A program made the translations under genes and the position numbers. This document shows positions 25,754 to 38,375 of a stretch of DNA of 64,000 nt, piece by piece. Source of the DNA: an uncultured Granulicatella sp. (GTDB lineage Bacteria; Bacillota; Bacilli; Lactobacillales; Aerococcaceae). How positions within the stretch are numbered: position 1 is the first letter of the stretch; every line of letters begins with the position of its first letter. The stretch spans positions 954-64,953 of the forward strand of contig NZ_CAUUHX010000002.1 in NCBI RefSeq assembly GCF_963545075.1, read 5' to 3'. The notes below the pieces were generated by a model. The model was not told the origin of the DNA. It searched no databases and saw only the letters and a program-made list of their open reading frames with translations.

Positions 25754-27583
25754 CTACTTCTCTTCTTCGTTAAGGTTAAGCACCGACATGAATGCTTCTT
25801 GTGGTACTTCAACAGATCCCACTTGTTTCATACGTTTCTTACCTTCTTTTTGTTTCTCTAATAACTTACGTTTACGAGAAACGTCACCACCATAACATTT
25901 CGCCAATACGTTTTTACGTAATGCTTTAATATTTGTACGAGATAAAATTTTGTTTCCAATTGCTGCTTGAATTGGCACTTCAAATTGTTGACGAGGAATT
26001 AATGTTCTTAATTTCTCAGTAATAGCTTTACCACGATTATAAGCAAAATCTTTATGAACGATAATACTTAAGGCATCGACTACTTCACCATTTAACATAA
26101 TATCCATCTTCACTAGTTTACTTTCACGATAGCCGATTAAATCATAATCTAATGATGCATATCCTTTAGTACTTGATTTCAATGAATCAAAGAAATCAAA
26201 AATAATTTCAGATAAAGGCATTTCGTAAATCACATTGACACGATATTCATCTAAGTAATCCATTGTGACAAAAGTACCACGTTTACGTTGGCAAATATCC
26301 ATTACACTTCCAACATACTCATTCGGTACCATAATTGAGGCTTTTACATAAGGTTCTTGAATGGATTGAACGCTAGACTGATCTGGCATTTCAGCAGGGT
26401 TAGAAACTACTACTTCTGTTCCATCTGTCTTTTGAACATGGTAAATTACCGATGGAGCTGTTGTAATTAAATCTAAATCAAATTCACGTTCTAAACGTTC
26501 TTGAATAACATCCATATGAAGCAATCCTAAAAATCCACAACGGAAACCAAAGCCTAATGCTTGAGAAGTTTCTGCTTCGAATTGCAACGCAGCATCATTT
26601 AATTGTAATTTTTCTAATGCATCACGTAAATCATTATATTTAGAAGAATCAATTGGATATAAACCGCAGTATACCATTGGATTCATTTTACGGTAACCTG
26701 ATAAAGGTTCACTTGCTGGATTGTTCGCTAATGTAACAGTATCCCCTACACGAGTATCCTGGATTGTTTTAATAGAAGCAGTAATATACCCTACATCTCC
26801 AACCATTAAGTAATCACGACTAATTGGTTTAGGAGAGAAAATACCAACATCAACTACATCAAATGTTTTTCCATTACTCATTAATTGAATCTTATCACCA
26901 GGTTTTACAATTCCGTTTTGAATACGAACATTCAAGACTACTCCACGGTAAGCATCATAAACTGAGTCGAAAATCAACGCTTGTAAAGGAGCTTCTAAGT
27001 CTCCAGTAGGTGCTGGAATCTTATGAACGATTTGTTCTAAAATTTCTGGAATACCAATTCCTACTTTAGCACTTGCTAGAACCGCTTCACTAGCATCAAT
27101 TCCAATAACGTCTTCAATTTCTGTACGAACACGTTCAGGATCAGCAGCAGGTAAGTCAATTTTATTAATAACTGGAACAATTTCTAAGTCATTATCAATT
27201 GCTAAATACACATTCGCTAATGTTTGAGCTTCAATCCCTTGAGCAGCATCTACTACAAGAATTGCTCCTTCACAGGCTGCCAAGCTACGGCTCACTTCAT
27301 ACGTAAAGTCCACGTGCCCTGGAGTGTCAATTAAGTGGAAAATGTACTCTGTTCCATCATTGGCATCATACGTTAATTCCACCGCATTTAATTTAATTGT
27401 AATTCCACGTTCACGTTCTAAGTCCATAGAGTCTAATAATTGGTCTTGCATTTCACGGTCTGCTACAGTATCTGTTGCTTGTAAAATACGGTCTGCTAAA
27501 GTTGACTTTCCATGGTCAATATGCGCAATAATCGAGAAGTTTCTGATGCGCTCTTGTCGTTTTCTCATTTCTTCTAAATTCAT
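25754..27583 (-). CDS. lepA: Elongation factor 4 (LepA)
   Basis: 609 aa. [28 protein letters not shown] and the LepA C-terminal region. Confidence 0.97.
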   Translation of the reverse strand: MNLEEMRKRQERIRNFSIIAHIDHGKSTLADRILQATDTVADREMQDQLLDSMDLERERGITIKLNAVELTYDANDGTEYIFHLIDTPGHVDFTYEVSRSLAACEGAILVVDAAQGIEAQTLANVYLAIDNDLEIVPVINKIDLPAADPERVRTEIEDVIGIDASEAVLASAKVGIGIPEILEQIVHKIPAPTGDLEAPLQALIFDSVYDAYRGVVLNVRIQNGIVKPGDKIQLMSNGKTFDVVDVGIFSPKPISRDYLMVGDVGYITASIKTIQDTRVGDTVTLANNPASEPLSGYRKMNPMVYCGLYPIDSSKYNDLRDALEKLQLNDAALQFEAETSQALGFGFRCGFLGLLHMDVIQERLEREFDLDLITTAPSVIYHVQKTDGTEVVVSNPAEMPDQSSVQSIQEPYVKASIMVPNEYVGSVMDICQRKRGTFVTMDYLDEYRVNVIYEMPLSEIIFDFFDSLKSSTKGYASLDYDLIGYRESKLVKMDIMLNGEVVDALSIIVHKDFAYNRGKAITEKLRTLIPRQQFEVPIQAAIGNKILSRTNIKALRKNVLAKCYGGDVSRKRKLLEKQKEGKKRMKQVGSVEVPQEAFMSVLNLNEEEK

Positions 27584-27601
27584 TCATAATCTCCTTCATA
27601 T

Positions 27602-28939
27602 CTAAATTAATAACGGTAAAAAGACTTGTGCAATTCCTAGGAAAAAGAAAAATCCTAGAACGTCTGTTGCCGTTGTTACAAAGATGGTCGATGAAATGGC
27701 TGGGTCTAATTTCATAGCTTTTAATACTAAAGGTACAAAGAATCCAAAAATTGCTCCCACCATTAAATTCATAGCCATCGCTAAAACTACAATAATCGAT
27801 AAATAAAAGTTTTGATAAGGAATATATAGCGCAATCGCAGCTACAACTCCGGTAATAAGTCCATTCATACAGCCTAAAACAATTTCATTCCAAACATACT
27901 TTTTATCTTTTTCCAATGATAATTGTCCTAATGCAATTTCTTGAATTGCTAGTGCTAGAGTTTGAGAAGCTGAGTTTCCTCCCATCCCCGTAATAATCGG
28001 CATGGCAACCGCAAGAACAACGACTTGTTCGATGGTTGATTGAAACATCCCAACAACAGCTGAAGCCATAAAGGCTGTAATTAAATTAATTAATAACCAA
28101 GGAGTCCGTTTCTTAATGGATTCCATAAATGGACCACCAATTCTTTCAGACCCTTCAACCCCACTAATTAAAAGCATATCTTCATGATGCTCTTCTTGAA
28201 GAACGTGGACGATATCATCAATTGTAATAATCCCAATTAAAAGGCCCTTTGTACTAACTACGGGTACAACTGATAAGTCATATTTTGAAGATAGACGAGC
28301 TACTTCTTCTTGGTCTTCTTCAGGAACTACAGAAATAATATTTGTATGCATTAAATCATGTAAACTGACATCTAATTCATTTGTAAATAAGTCACGAATA
28401 TCAATCCAACCAATTAATTGATTTTGGAATGTTGTCACAAAAATTGTATGAATGACTTCTGTATTTGGAGAAATTTCTCTTAACTTCGTCAATGTTTCTT
28501 CAACGGTTAAATGTTCCTTCACGGAAATAAATTCTGTCGTCATAATCCCTCCGGCAGAATCTTGAGGATATTTTAACATCGTTTGAATTTCATCTTGAGA
28601 AGAACCCTTCATCATATTCAAATATTTTTTACGAATTCCAATTGGCAGATTTCCTAAAATATCCACGACATCGTCATTGGACATTTGTTGGAATAATAAT
28701 CCTACACGGCGGAATGGTAATTTTTCTAACATTCGAATTTGAAGTTCGGGATCACTTACTTCCAAAATGGAAGCTAATCGTGTATTGGAAATGGTATACA
28801 TGAAGTTTTTAAGCACTTCATCGGTTACTTCTTCCAATCCTAGAGCAATATCGATTGGATAATTCTGGTTGAATAATTCCCTAATTCTTTTGACATCTTT
28901 AGATTCCACCATTTGTTCAATAATTTTGGACATATCCAT
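27602..28939 (-). CDS. mgtE: Magnesium transporter MgtE
   Basis: 445 aa. MgtE N-domain, tandem CBS region, and 5 TM segments with the GNSASQ / ATDVLGFFFFLG motifs. Confidence 0.9.
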   Translation of the reverse strand: MDMSKIIEQMVESKDVKRIRELFNQNYPIDIALGLEEVTDEVLKNFMYTISNTRLASILEVSDPELQIRMLEKLPFRRVGLLFQQMSNDDVVDILGNLPIGIRKKYLNMMKGSSQDEIQTMLKYPQDSAGGIMTTEFISVKEHLTVEETLTKLREISPNTEVIHTIFVTTFQNQLIGWIDIRDLFTNELDVSLHDLMHTNIISVVPEEDQEEVARLSSKYDLSVVPVVSTKGLLIGIITIDDIVHVLQEEHHEDMLLISGVEGSERIGGPFMESIKKRTPWLLINLITAFMASAVVGMFQSTIEQVVVLAVAMPIITGMGGNSASQTLALAIQEIALGQLSLEKDKKYVWNEIVLGCMNGLITGVVAAIALYIPYQNFYLSIIVVLAMAMNLMVGAIFGFFVPLVLKAMKLDPAISSTIFVTTATDVLGFFFFLGIAQVFLPLLI

Positions 28940-28997
28940 CGTTTATCACTCCATTCTGTAAACATACTATTGATAGTATACCATATTATATCGATAT

Positions 28998-29027
28998 AAA
29001 AAAAGAGATACCCTCAAGATATCTCTG
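28998..29027 (-). terminator. Terminator upstream of the mgtE promoter
   Basis: Minus strand: AGAGATA-N8-TATCTCT followed by T7, then a TATAAT/TATACT -10-like region before mgtE. Confidence 0.65.
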
Positions 29028-29074
29028 TTGTTTGATAGATTATTTCGCATGAAAAAAACAAAGAAGAACAAGAA

Positions 29075-29155
29075 GACTCCCTATAATAGTATGCTTAGGC
29101 ATGAGAGCCACATTCACGAGCATACAGTCGTTCTTTACTACTATGACAGAAAGTC
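29075..29155 (+). repeat. Palindromic element, short form (degenerate)
   Basis: GACTCCCTATAATAGTATGCTTAGGCATGAGA...TTTACTACTATGACAGAAAGTC. Confidence 0.6.
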
Positions 29156-29201
29156 ATGCGACTTTATATACGGGCTCTCATTAGGTCACGTAAATCAAGA
29201 A

Positions 29202-29339
29202 GACTTCCCATAGTAGTATGAGTAAGATAAGCCTGTTTGGCTTATCTTACAGGAAACTTTGAGACCTAAGGCTCAAAGTTTAGTAATGAGACAGCGAATG
29301 CTGTCTGCTTACGTCCTAATACTACTATAACAGGAAGTC
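29202..29339 (+). repeat. Palindromic element, long form
   Basis: Termini GACTTCCCATAGTAGTAT / ATACTACTATAACAGGAAGTC. H1 GATAAGCC-TGTT-TGGCTTATC, H2 TTTGAGACCTAAGGCTCAAA, H3 CAGC-GAAT-GCTG. Ends 12 nt from the lipoprotein stop. Confidence 0.8.
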
Positions 29340-29351
29340 ATTCGAAATATA

Positions 29352-29927
29352 TTAAAGTTCTGTTGGATCAAAAGTATAAACTACGTTATTCAAATTCCCA
29401 TATTCTTTATTAGAATCATACTTCACAGATTCAATATGAAATCCATTATCAACTGATGTAAAACGATAACACCCATGTTTCATCGGAAATCTATTTGGGA
29501 AAGATTTAGCTTCCATAAATGAGGTTGCAAAACTACCGCTACTATTTTTGTCTAAAATACCAATATGAGCATAAGGTTTTTCATCAACATAAACCGTAAA
29601 GTGAAGAGCTACTTTATTAAAATCGTCATTTGGAGAAAAAAGAGTATACGGTTCACGAATTGTTATCGTCTTATCCACTAATTGTTCCTTTTCTTCTTTA
29701 GGATAGTGAGTTAAAAATACATTCTTAGCTTCTTCTAAATAATCTGCATCAACTTCTTTTAAACGTTCAAACAATAATTCATCACTCTCATCATTTTCAG
29801 AATCCACCGTTAGATTAACGTAAGGATTTATAGAATATTTTATTTCTTTTGAACAACTTGATAACAGGGCAACGGAACAGACAAGTAATGCCAATAAAAT
29901 AAATTTTACATTTTTACACCATTTCAT
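29352..29927 (-). CDS. Lipoprotein, paralogue 1 (possible LanI-like immunity lipoprotein)
   Basis: 191 aa. Lipobox LLSSCSK. Roughly 80% identical by eye to the ORF at 34267-34830. Confidence 0.7.
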   Translation of the reverse strand: MKWCKNVKFILLALLVCSVALLSSCSKEIKYSINPYVNLTVDSENDESDELLFERLKEVDADYLEEAKNVFLTHYPKEEKEQLVDKTITIREPYTLFSPNDDFNKVALHFTVYVDEKPYAHIGILDKNSSGSFATSFMEAKSFPNRFPMKHGCYRFTSVDNGFHIESVKYDSNKEYGNLNNVVYTFDPTEL

Positions 29928-30083
29928 TGTTAACTCCCCCTAATCATTCTCTTGATAAGTAATTCTTAAAACAAATTTTGAAAACGCTACCCTCCTTCTA
30001 ATTATAATTATATGGAAATTTTAGGGAAATACAACATGTTTGTGAAAAAAATAATTTTAAATTAACCTCAATAATTTACCTTA

Positions 30084-31169
30084 CTACTTTTTACTCAATC
30101 CTGTATGAATACTAATCGTTACTTTCACTCCATCATCTTCATTTTTAATTTCTAATATTCCATGATGTAATTCTGACACCCTTTTAACAAAAGCTAGTCC
30201 TATTCCAAAATGTGCATCATTCAGATTGCGATTTTTATCATTTCGGTAAAATAATGAATCTGCATGTTGTAATGTTTCTTCAGTTAAATGTGCACCATTA
30301 TTCCAAACGCTTATCAGTAATTGCTGATGAGTGTATTGTAAATACACTTTGATTGATTTTTTATCTGCCTGACTATATTCCAGTGCATTTTGCATCATAT
30401 TCATTACTGCTCTTAATACATAATTCAAATGAAGATATACTGTAGTATTTTTATCTATCTGTTCATCATATTGGAATGTAACAATACTTTTGTCTTTTAG
30501 CAAATAATGGATTTCTTGATCAATAGATTCAATCACATCTTCTAAGGAATACTCTTTCCATTCATTTTCATTCTCATAGTAAGTTTTCGAATACAAGAGT
30601 AATCGATTTATATATTCAATTATACGATTGCTTGCTATATGAATATCTTGAATATAGGGAAGATATTTTCCTTCAATAGCTGATTGAGATAAGAGTTCAG
30701 AATTTCCTTGAATGACTGTTAATGGTGTTTTTAAATCGTGGGAAGCTGCTGACACTTTAAAAGCTAATGCTTCCTTTTGTTTGCGTTCATTTTCAAGCAT
30801 TCCTTCAATTTGATGTTGCATTTGATTAATCTTTTGATTTGTCTCAAGAAATTCTCTAATTGTTAATGATTCTGTTAAATCTGTAGATTCTAGCCACATG
30901 GATTGATGGTAAACGATGTTCATCTCTTTATGAATTTTTAATAGTAATTGTCGTATATTCAAACTAACAATCACTAATAAAGCAATACAGATATAAATCC
31001 AAGAAAAAATATTCAAAAATACAGGATAAGCTGTTTCTTCACCTGGCACTTTAATAGAAATAGACAATAATGGAAGCAGGTATAACACTAAAATAGCAAT
31101 CAAAAACTCCACTATAATTTTAAGACAAGTCTTTTGAACAAGTTGTTTAAAGCTTATTTTATTTTCCAT
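30084..31169 (-). CDS. Sensor histidine kinase (2 TM, HisKA + HATPase)
   Basis: 361 aa. H-box SAASHDLKTPLTVIQGNSELL, N-box MQNALEYS, G-box GIGLAFVKRV. Confidence 0.85.
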   Translation of the reverse strand: MENKISFKQLVQKTCLKIIVEFLIAILVLYLLPLLSISIKVPGEETAYPVFLNIFSWIYICIALLVIVSLNIRQLLLKIHKEMNIVYHQSMWLESTDLTESLTIREFLETNQKINQMQHQIEGMLENERKQKEALAFKVSAASHDLKTPLTVIQGNSELLSQSAIEGKYLPYIQDIHIASNRIIEYINRLLLYSKTYYENENEWKEYSLEDVIESIDQEIHYLLKDKSIVTFQYDEQIDKNTTVYLHLNYVLRAVMNMMQNALEYSQADKKSIKVYLQYTHQQLLISVWNNGAHLTEETLQHADSLFYRNDKNRNLNDAHFGIGLAFVKRVSELHHGILEIKNEDDGVKVTISIHTGLSKK

Positions 31170-31825
31170 TTATACCCGCCTCCTCTCATTGTTTCTATCG
31201 GATTTAAATGATACGGTTTGAATTTTGAACGTATTTGATACATATATTCAGAAATAGAACGAAATTGAGTATTAGAACTGTTAGGATATACTACTTGATA
31301 GATTTCTTCAATTGTAAATATTCTGGATGTTTGACTAGCTAATAACTGTATTATCATAAATTCACGGTTAGTTAGTTTGATTTCATTTTCCTCAACAAAA
31401 ATTGTTTTTAAATTCATATCAATTGAAATCGAACCAAATTCTAATCGTTTGACCGTTTGTCTATTTCGTTCTTCACGTCTAAGATGCATTTTAATTCTTG
31501 CTAAAAACTCATTTACTGAGAAGGGTTTAGTAATATAGTCATCTGCTCCCGCTAATAATCCATTAATTAAATCTTCCTCCATATCTTTAGCTGTGATAAA
31601 AATAATTGGAGCTTTAATCTGTTCTCTAATTTCATTACAAATCGTTATTCCATCTAGTGGCATCATAATATCTAGTAATATTAAATCAAAGTCAACAAAG
31701 TCACAGATATTTACATCTTCAATACCATTCCTAGTAGTAACATCATAATCATTTAACAATAATATATTTTTGATTAATCTTAGTACACTTTCGTCATCAT
31801 CAATTACTAGTATTTTATACGACAT
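31154..31825 (-). CDS. OmpR-family response regulator
   Basis: 223 aa. Receiver domain (ILVIDDDES, LLDIMMP, ITAKD) plus a winged-helix C-terminus (RGGGYKW). Confidence 0.9.
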   Translation of the reverse strand: MSYKILVIDDDESVLRLIKNILLLNDYDVTTRNGIEDVNICDFVDFDLILLDIMMPLDGITICNEIREQIKAPIIFITAKDMEEDLINGLLAGADDYITKPFSVNEFLARIKMHLRREERNRQTVKRLEFGSISIDMNLKTIFVEENEIKLTNREFMIIQLLASQTSRIFTIEEIYQVVYPNSSNTQFRSISEYMYQIRSKFKPYHLNPIETMRGGGYKWKIK

Positions 31826-31859
31826 ACCCCAACACTCCTATCTTAGACTAATTTTGCTT

Positions 31860-32585
31860 TCATTTTACACTCTTTCGATGCAAATGGTAATAGGCTAATC
31901 CGATAAAAACAATTGTCCATAATGATTGAATGAAAATCCCTTCTGTAACGTTTGGATAAATAGAAATTGGTTCAATTGAAAAACTATTCATAGTAGCTAA
32001 TACAGGGAGTACATTCATCCTAGAAGAATATTGTAATAATAGCTGCCCTAGTCCTAACAACATGGATAATACAATTGTTAAAGAAGATACCATCGATTCC
32101 ATGAGTATTGTTAGGCATAATGTAATCATACTAATTTGAATCGTTGCTAACATAGGTGGAATAAGTTTCAACAATAGCTGACGAACAAATTCAAGATTCA
32201 ATTGAAATTTAAAATAGAATGCTACTAAACCAATCCCTATTCCAATAGCTATACATAAACAACATAAAATAAAGAACAAAGTTACAACTGACTTCATACA
32301 AAAGAATTTCAAACGATTAGGATTTGCTAATAAACTAGTTCTTAACGTACTTTTTAGAAACTCTCTTCCCCAAAAAAACGCAGAAAAAACTGCAAAAATC
32401 GTTTGAACTAAATAAATACTTTGTAAAAACTGTGTCAGTATAAAATCTCCATTAATTATTGAAGCAGATGGATTTAATGCCAGTAACATTGTTAATAGAA
32501 ATAAAATAGAAAATACTAAAGTAAGTAATAATCCTTTATGATAGATCATTTTGAAAAATTCACTTTTTATCCGATTTCGTAGCAT
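31860..32585 (-). CDS. ABC-2 type permease (LanG/LanE-like)
   Basis: 241 aa, 6 predicted TM. Abuts the preceding permease ORF, sharing base 32585 (its start codon 32583-32585 directly follows that ORF's stop at 32585-32587). Confidence 0.6.
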   Translation of the reverse strand: MLRNRIKSEFFKMIYHKGLLLTLVFSILFLLTMLLALNPSASIINGDFILTQFLQSIYLVQTIFAVFSAFFWGREFLKSTLRTSLLANPNRLKFFCMKSVVTLFFILCCLCIAIGIGIGLVAFYFKFQLNLEFVRQLLLKLIPPMLATIQISMITLCLTILMESMVSSLTIVLSMLLGLGQLLLQYSSRMNVLPVLATMNSFSIEPISIYPNVTEGIFIQSLWTIVFIGLAYYHLHRKSVK

Positions 32586-33358
32586 TAATATTTCCCTCCT
32601 ACATCACTTTTTTCAAATTGAAAATATACTATTACTCCAAAAATGAACACCCAAATACATAATAAAGTGAGAGTCAAAATTGGATGAGTTGAAAATCTAG
32701 TATCCGATGATGCAATTAAATGATTTCCAAGTGCAACTGGAAGAATCTTTCCCCATTGAAAATGAGTAGAGAGAAACTCCCCAACATTATAAACTTGAGG
32801 AATTAAAAATAATAAGGGAACAATGGCAGTGCGAAACAAAAAAGCTATAAAGTAAGATAAAACCGTAAGACTTGTCCATGCTAGTGTCGCAAATAAAATA
32901 AAGTACCAAACTTTTAAACTTAATAAAACACTTAGTCCTAAATTCCCTAATGTAACATGAGTCACTTCAATCGTGACTATAATCGATAGAAATGAAAGGA
33001 CAAGTGATAAAAGTGTTAATGTCATCAATTTAAAAAAGTATAAACTCTTCTTATCACTATTGGCTAGTAAAGTTGTTCGCAATTGATGGTTTTTAAACTC
33101 ACTTCCACCATAAACAGCTCCCAAAATAATCATCGGCATCAGCCCTAGCATAATTGCATCAAATCCTAAATATTCAATTGGAGGTATTGCTTCTGCTAAT
33201 ATAGGTGTATTCTCGGGAGTTGCTTGTAAACCAAACTCTAAGACAGCCTTTGTTCCGAGATAAGCGAAAAATGGTTGAACAATAAAGATTAATAACAAAA
33301 CAATCTTGAAAAGTTTTGAATAGCTAATCTTTAATAATTCACTATAAAATAACTTCAT
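32585..33358 (-). CDS. ABC-2 type permease (LanE/LanG-like)
   Basis: 257 aa, 6 predicted TM. Overlaps the ATPase gene. Confidence 0.6.
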   Translation of the reverse strand: MKLFYSELLKISYSKLFKIVLLLIFIVQPFFAYLGTKAVLEFGLQATPENTPILAEAIPPIEYLGFDAIMLGLMPMIILGAVYGGSEFKNHQLRTTLLANSDKKSLYFFKLMTLTLLSLVLSFLSIIVTIEVTHVTLGNLGLSVLLSLKVWYFILFATLAWTSLTVLSYFIAFLFRTAIVPLLFLIPQVYNVGEFLSTHFQWGKILPVALGNHLIASSDTRFSTHPILTLTLLCIWVFIFGVIVYFQFEKSDVGGKY

Positions 33359-34073
33359 CTTCTTTTCCTCCTTCTTGAATCAAGTTGAAAAAGACTTCTT
33401 CTAAAGTTGCAGCATTCTTCATGATGTTTTTTAATTCACCATTCGCAATAATTTTCCCTTTATGAATGAACACTACATCATCTGTCACTGCTTCAACTTC
33501 TGACAATATATGTGAGGATAATAAGATCGTCTTTCCTGCTTCAGATTGTTCCTTTAAAAAATTTCTTAGCCAACGAATACCGCTAGGATCTAACCCATTT
33601 GTTGGTTCATCCAATATTAAAAATTGTGGATTTCCAAGTAATGCTGTAGCAAGACTAACCCTTTGTGTTTCACCAAGAGATAAATGTCCAATGGATTCAT
33701 TCTTTTTGTGGGCAATATCCGTTATTGTTAGTACTTCGCTAATTCTACTTTTCTCAATTCCATTGCTGGCAGCTACGATTCTTAAATGTTGATAAACCGT
33801 TCGATCACTTGGTGAACCTAATCCATCAAAAGTTGCTCCGACAACAAATAATGGTTGTCGGATATCCTTATAGTTTTTCCCTGCAATGGTTGCTCTACCA
33901 GAAGTGGCTTGATCTAATCCTAATAATATTCGTAAGGTAGAACTTTTTCCTGCTCCATTCGGACCTAAAAATGCAGTAACTCTCCCTTCTTTTGCCACAA
34001 AATTGATATCGTCCAATATAGACGTATTTCCATATACTTTACATAAATTCTTAATTTCAATACTATTTTCCAT
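33342..34073 (-). CDS. ABC transporter ATP-binding protein (LanF-like)
   Basis: Walker A GPNGAGKSST, signature LSLGETQRV, Walker B LILDEPTNGLD. I chose the ATG at 34073 (MENSIEIKNL), which has a GAGGAG RBS; the ORF track starts at 34118. Confidence 0.85.
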   Translation of the reverse strand: MENSIEIKNLCKVYGNTSILDDINFVAKEGRVTAFLGPNGAGKSSTLRILLGLDQATSGRATIAGKNYKDIRQPLFVVGATFDGLGSPSDRTVYQHLRIVAASNGIEKSRISEVLTITDIAHKKNESIGHLSLGETQRVSLATALLGNPQFLILDEPTNGLDPSGIRWLRNFLKEQSEAGKTILLSSHILSEVEAVTDDVVFIHKGKIIANGELKNIMKNAATLEEVFFNLIQEGGKEDEVIL

Positions 34074-34173
34074 AAAATCACTCCTCGTACTCTTTATAAA
34101 TGTATTGTAGAGTAACAACTTCAGAATAATTTCAGAAAATCAATGAAAAAGAAAATTTATGCAAAAAAAAGAA

Positions 34174-34253
34174 GACTTCCTATAGTAGCATGCTTAGGCA
34201 TGAGACTCGTTCCACGAGGCTGCTGCCGTCCAAATACTACTATGTTAGGAAGT
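34174..34253 (+). repeat. Palindromic element, short form (intact)
   Basis: GACTTCCTATAGTAGCATGCTTAGGCATGAGA-CTCG-TTCCA-CGAG-GCTGCTGCCGTCC-AAATACTACTATGTTAGGAAGTC. Ends 13 nt from the lipoprotein stop. Confidence 0.8.
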
Positions 34254-34266
34254 CATTCGTAAACTA

Positions 34267-34830
34267 TTACAATTCTGTTGGATCAAAAGTATAAACAACA
34301 TGATTCAAATTCCCATATTCCTTTGTAGAATCATACTTCACAGATTCAATATACATTCCATTATCAATCGCTGTAAAACGATAACATCCATGTTTCATCG
34401 GAAATCTCTCAGGTAGATATTTCGCTTGCATAAATGAGGTAGCAAACTTATCTTTATCAACTTTTCTTAAACCAATATAAGCATACGGTTCATCATCTAC
34501 ATAAACCGTAAAGTGATAAGAAGCGATCTCATTATTATTAAAAAGAGTATACGGTTCACGAATTGTTATCGCCTTATCCACTAATTGTTCCTTTTCTTCT
34601 TTTGGATAGTCTACTAAAAATACTTGCTTAGCTCTTTCTAGATAAGTTGAATCTATTTCACCTTCTCGTTCAAATAACAATTCATCGCTCTCATCATTTT
34701 CAGAGTCAACTGTTAGGTTCGTATAAGGATTTATAGAATATTTTCTTTCTTTTGAACAACTTGATAACAGAGCAACAGAACAGACAAGTAATGCTAATAA
34801 AATAAATTTTAAATTTTTACACCATTTCAT
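34267..34830 (-). CDS. Lipoprotein, paralogue 2
   Basis: 187 aa, with the same signal peptide and lipobox as 29352-29927. About 130 bp of upstream sequence is also duplicated. Confidence 0.7.
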   Translation of the reverse strand: MKWCKNLKFILLALLVCSVALLSSCSKERKYSINPYTNLTVDSENDESDELLFEREGEIDSTYLERAKQVFLVDYPKEEKEQLVDKAITIREPYTLFNNNEIASYHFTVYVDDEPYAYIGLRKVDKDKFATSFMQAKYLPERFPMKHGCYRFTAIDNGMYIESVKYDSTKEYGNLNHVVYTFDPTEL

Positions 34831-34974
34831 TGTTAACTCCCCCTAATCATCTTCTTGTTTCATAATTCTTAAAATAAAATTTGAAAACGCTACACACCTT
34901 CTAATTGTAATTATATGGATTATTTAGAGAAATACAATAACTTTGTGAAAAAGTTATCCAAAAAAATAAAAAAA

Positions 34975-35055
34975 GACTCCCTATAGTAGTATACTCAAAC
35001 ATAAGACTCGTTCCACAATGCTGCTGCCATCCAAATACTACTATAACAGGAAGTC
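34975..35055 (+). repeat. Palindromic element, short form (degenerate)
   Basis: GACTCCCTATAGTAGTAT...GCTGCTGCCATCC-AAATACTACTATAACAGGAAGTC. Confidence 0.65.
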
Positions 35056-35100
35056 ATTCACATCATATACGGACTCACATCAGGTCACGTAAAAAAAGAA

Positions 35101-35233
35101 GACTTCCTATAGTAGTATGAGTAATATAAGCCAAAAAGGCTTATATTACAGGAAACTTTGAGACCTTAGGCTCAAAGTTTAGGCATGAGACCGTAGGTCT
35201 GCTGCCGTCCTAATACTACAATGACAGGAAGTC
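35101..35233 (+). repeat. Palindromic element, long form
   Basis: H1 ATATAAGCC-AAAA-AGGCTTATAT, H2 TTTGAGACCTTAGGCTCAAA, H3 AGACC-GTA-GGTCT. Ends 17 nt from the dnaJ stop. Confidence 0.8.
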
Positions 35234-35250
35234 ATTCGAATATTTTGTAA

Positions 35251-36423
35251 TTATTTAAAACTGTCCTTAAATGCATCCTTCATTTTATCGAAGAAATTGC
35301 CTTCACTCTCAACATGAGTACCCGCTTCTTTAGCGAAAATCTGCATCGCCTCACGTTGTTTATCCGTTAAATGCTTAGGAGTTACAACACGTACTGTAAC
35401 ATGTTGATCACCCATTCCGCCACCACGAAGTCTAGGCGCACCTTTTCCTCTTAAACGAAGAACCGTACCAGATTGAGTTCCCGCAGGAACTTTTAATTTC
35501 ACTTTGCCGTGAACCGTTGGAACATCTACTTCATCTCCTAATGCAGCTTGAGCAAAGTTGATTGGAAGTTCATAGAAAATATCTGCTCCTTCACGTTCAA
35601 ATGTATCGCTCTTACCAACACGGAAAATCACATATAAGTCACCATAAGGGCCGCCATTTACTCCAGCTTCCCCTTGTCCACGTAATGGCATTTGGTTTCC
35701 ATTTTCAACACCGGCAGGGACTTTCACTTTCACTTTATGCGTTTCTTCTACATGTTTGTGACCATGACAAGTTTCACATTTTTCTTTGATTTCTTGACCA
35801 GTACCACCACAGACATCACATGTTGTTTGAGACATCATTCTACCAAATGGTGTGGCTCTTTCAACATTGATTACACCTGCGCCATGACATTTAGAACAGG
35901 TTACAGGCTCTGTACCAGGTTTTGCACCAGAACCATGGCAAGTTTCACATTCTGCATTACGATGGTAATGAATCACTTCTTCTTTACCAAAAATCGCTTC
36001 TTCAAATGTTAAGTCCATGACATATTGTAAATCTGCCCCTTGGCGTGGCATATTGGCACGATTTCCACGACGAGCTCCGCCGCCACCAAAGAAAGAATCG
36101 AAAATATCTTCGAATCCACCTGTATAACTTCCAGAGAATCCTTGTCCTCCAAAGCCACCAAAGCCACCAAAACCGCCACCAGAAAATCCTGAGTTTGGAT
36201 CGTATGAAGCATGACCATACTGATCATACGCCGCACGTTTTTGACTATCGCTTAAAATTTCATAAGCTTCTGCTATTTCTTTAAATTTTTCTTCTGCTCC
36301 AGCTTCTTTATTAATATCTGGATGGTATTGTTTGGATAATTTACGATAAGCTCGTTTAATATCTGCATCGGAGGCATCTTTGGAGACTCCGAGTACTTCA
36401 TATAAATCACGTTTTGCCACCAT
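35251..36423 (-). CDS. dnaJ: Chaperone DnaJ
   Basis: 390 aa. J domain with HPD, G/F-rich region and four CxxCxGxG zinc-finger repeats. Confidence 0.97.
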   Translation of the reverse strand: MVAKRDLYEVLGVSKDASDADIKRAYRKLSKQYHPDINKEAGAEEKFKEIAEAYEILSDSQKRAAYDQYGHASYDPNSGFSGGGFGGFGGFGGQGFSGSYTGGFEDIFDSFFGGGGARRGNRANMPRQGADLQYVMDLTFEEAIFGKEEVIHYHRNAECETCHGSGAKPGTEPVTCSKCHGAGVINVERATPFGRMMSQTTCDVCGGTGQEIKEKCETCHGHKHVEETHKVKVKVPAGVENGNQMPLRGQGEAGVNGGPYGDLYVIFRVGKSDTFEREGADIFYELPINFAQAALGDEVDVPTVHGKVKLKVPAGTQSGTVLRLRGKGAPRLRGGGMGDQHVTVRVVTPKHLTDKQREAMQIFAKEAGTHVESEGNFFDKMKDAFKDSFK

Positions 36424-36494
36424 TATCCCTCCTTATCATATCATTCTACAAAAGAGCGAGTGGAAGAAGTTCTCCCACTCTTACTTACTCTATA

Positions 36495-38333
<1,839 letters not shown>

Positions 38334-38375
38334 TCATACACTCCTATAATTTTAATTTTAAATTTTTTAATTGGC

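Noticed and set aside
28940-29075. Possible M-box (Mg2+) riboswitch upstream of mgtE
   Set aside because: The 5' region read on the minus strand shows only a terminator (AGAGATA..TATCTCT + T7), a TATAAT/TATACT -10-like box and an RBS. The leader is too short, and no M-box-like conserved segments were recognisable by eye.
29028-29213. 61-aa plus-strand ORF in the mgtE-lipoprotein spacer
   Set aside because: It spans the repeat elements and spacer. It has no RBS, and the homologous region at 34975-35100 is not open in the same frame.
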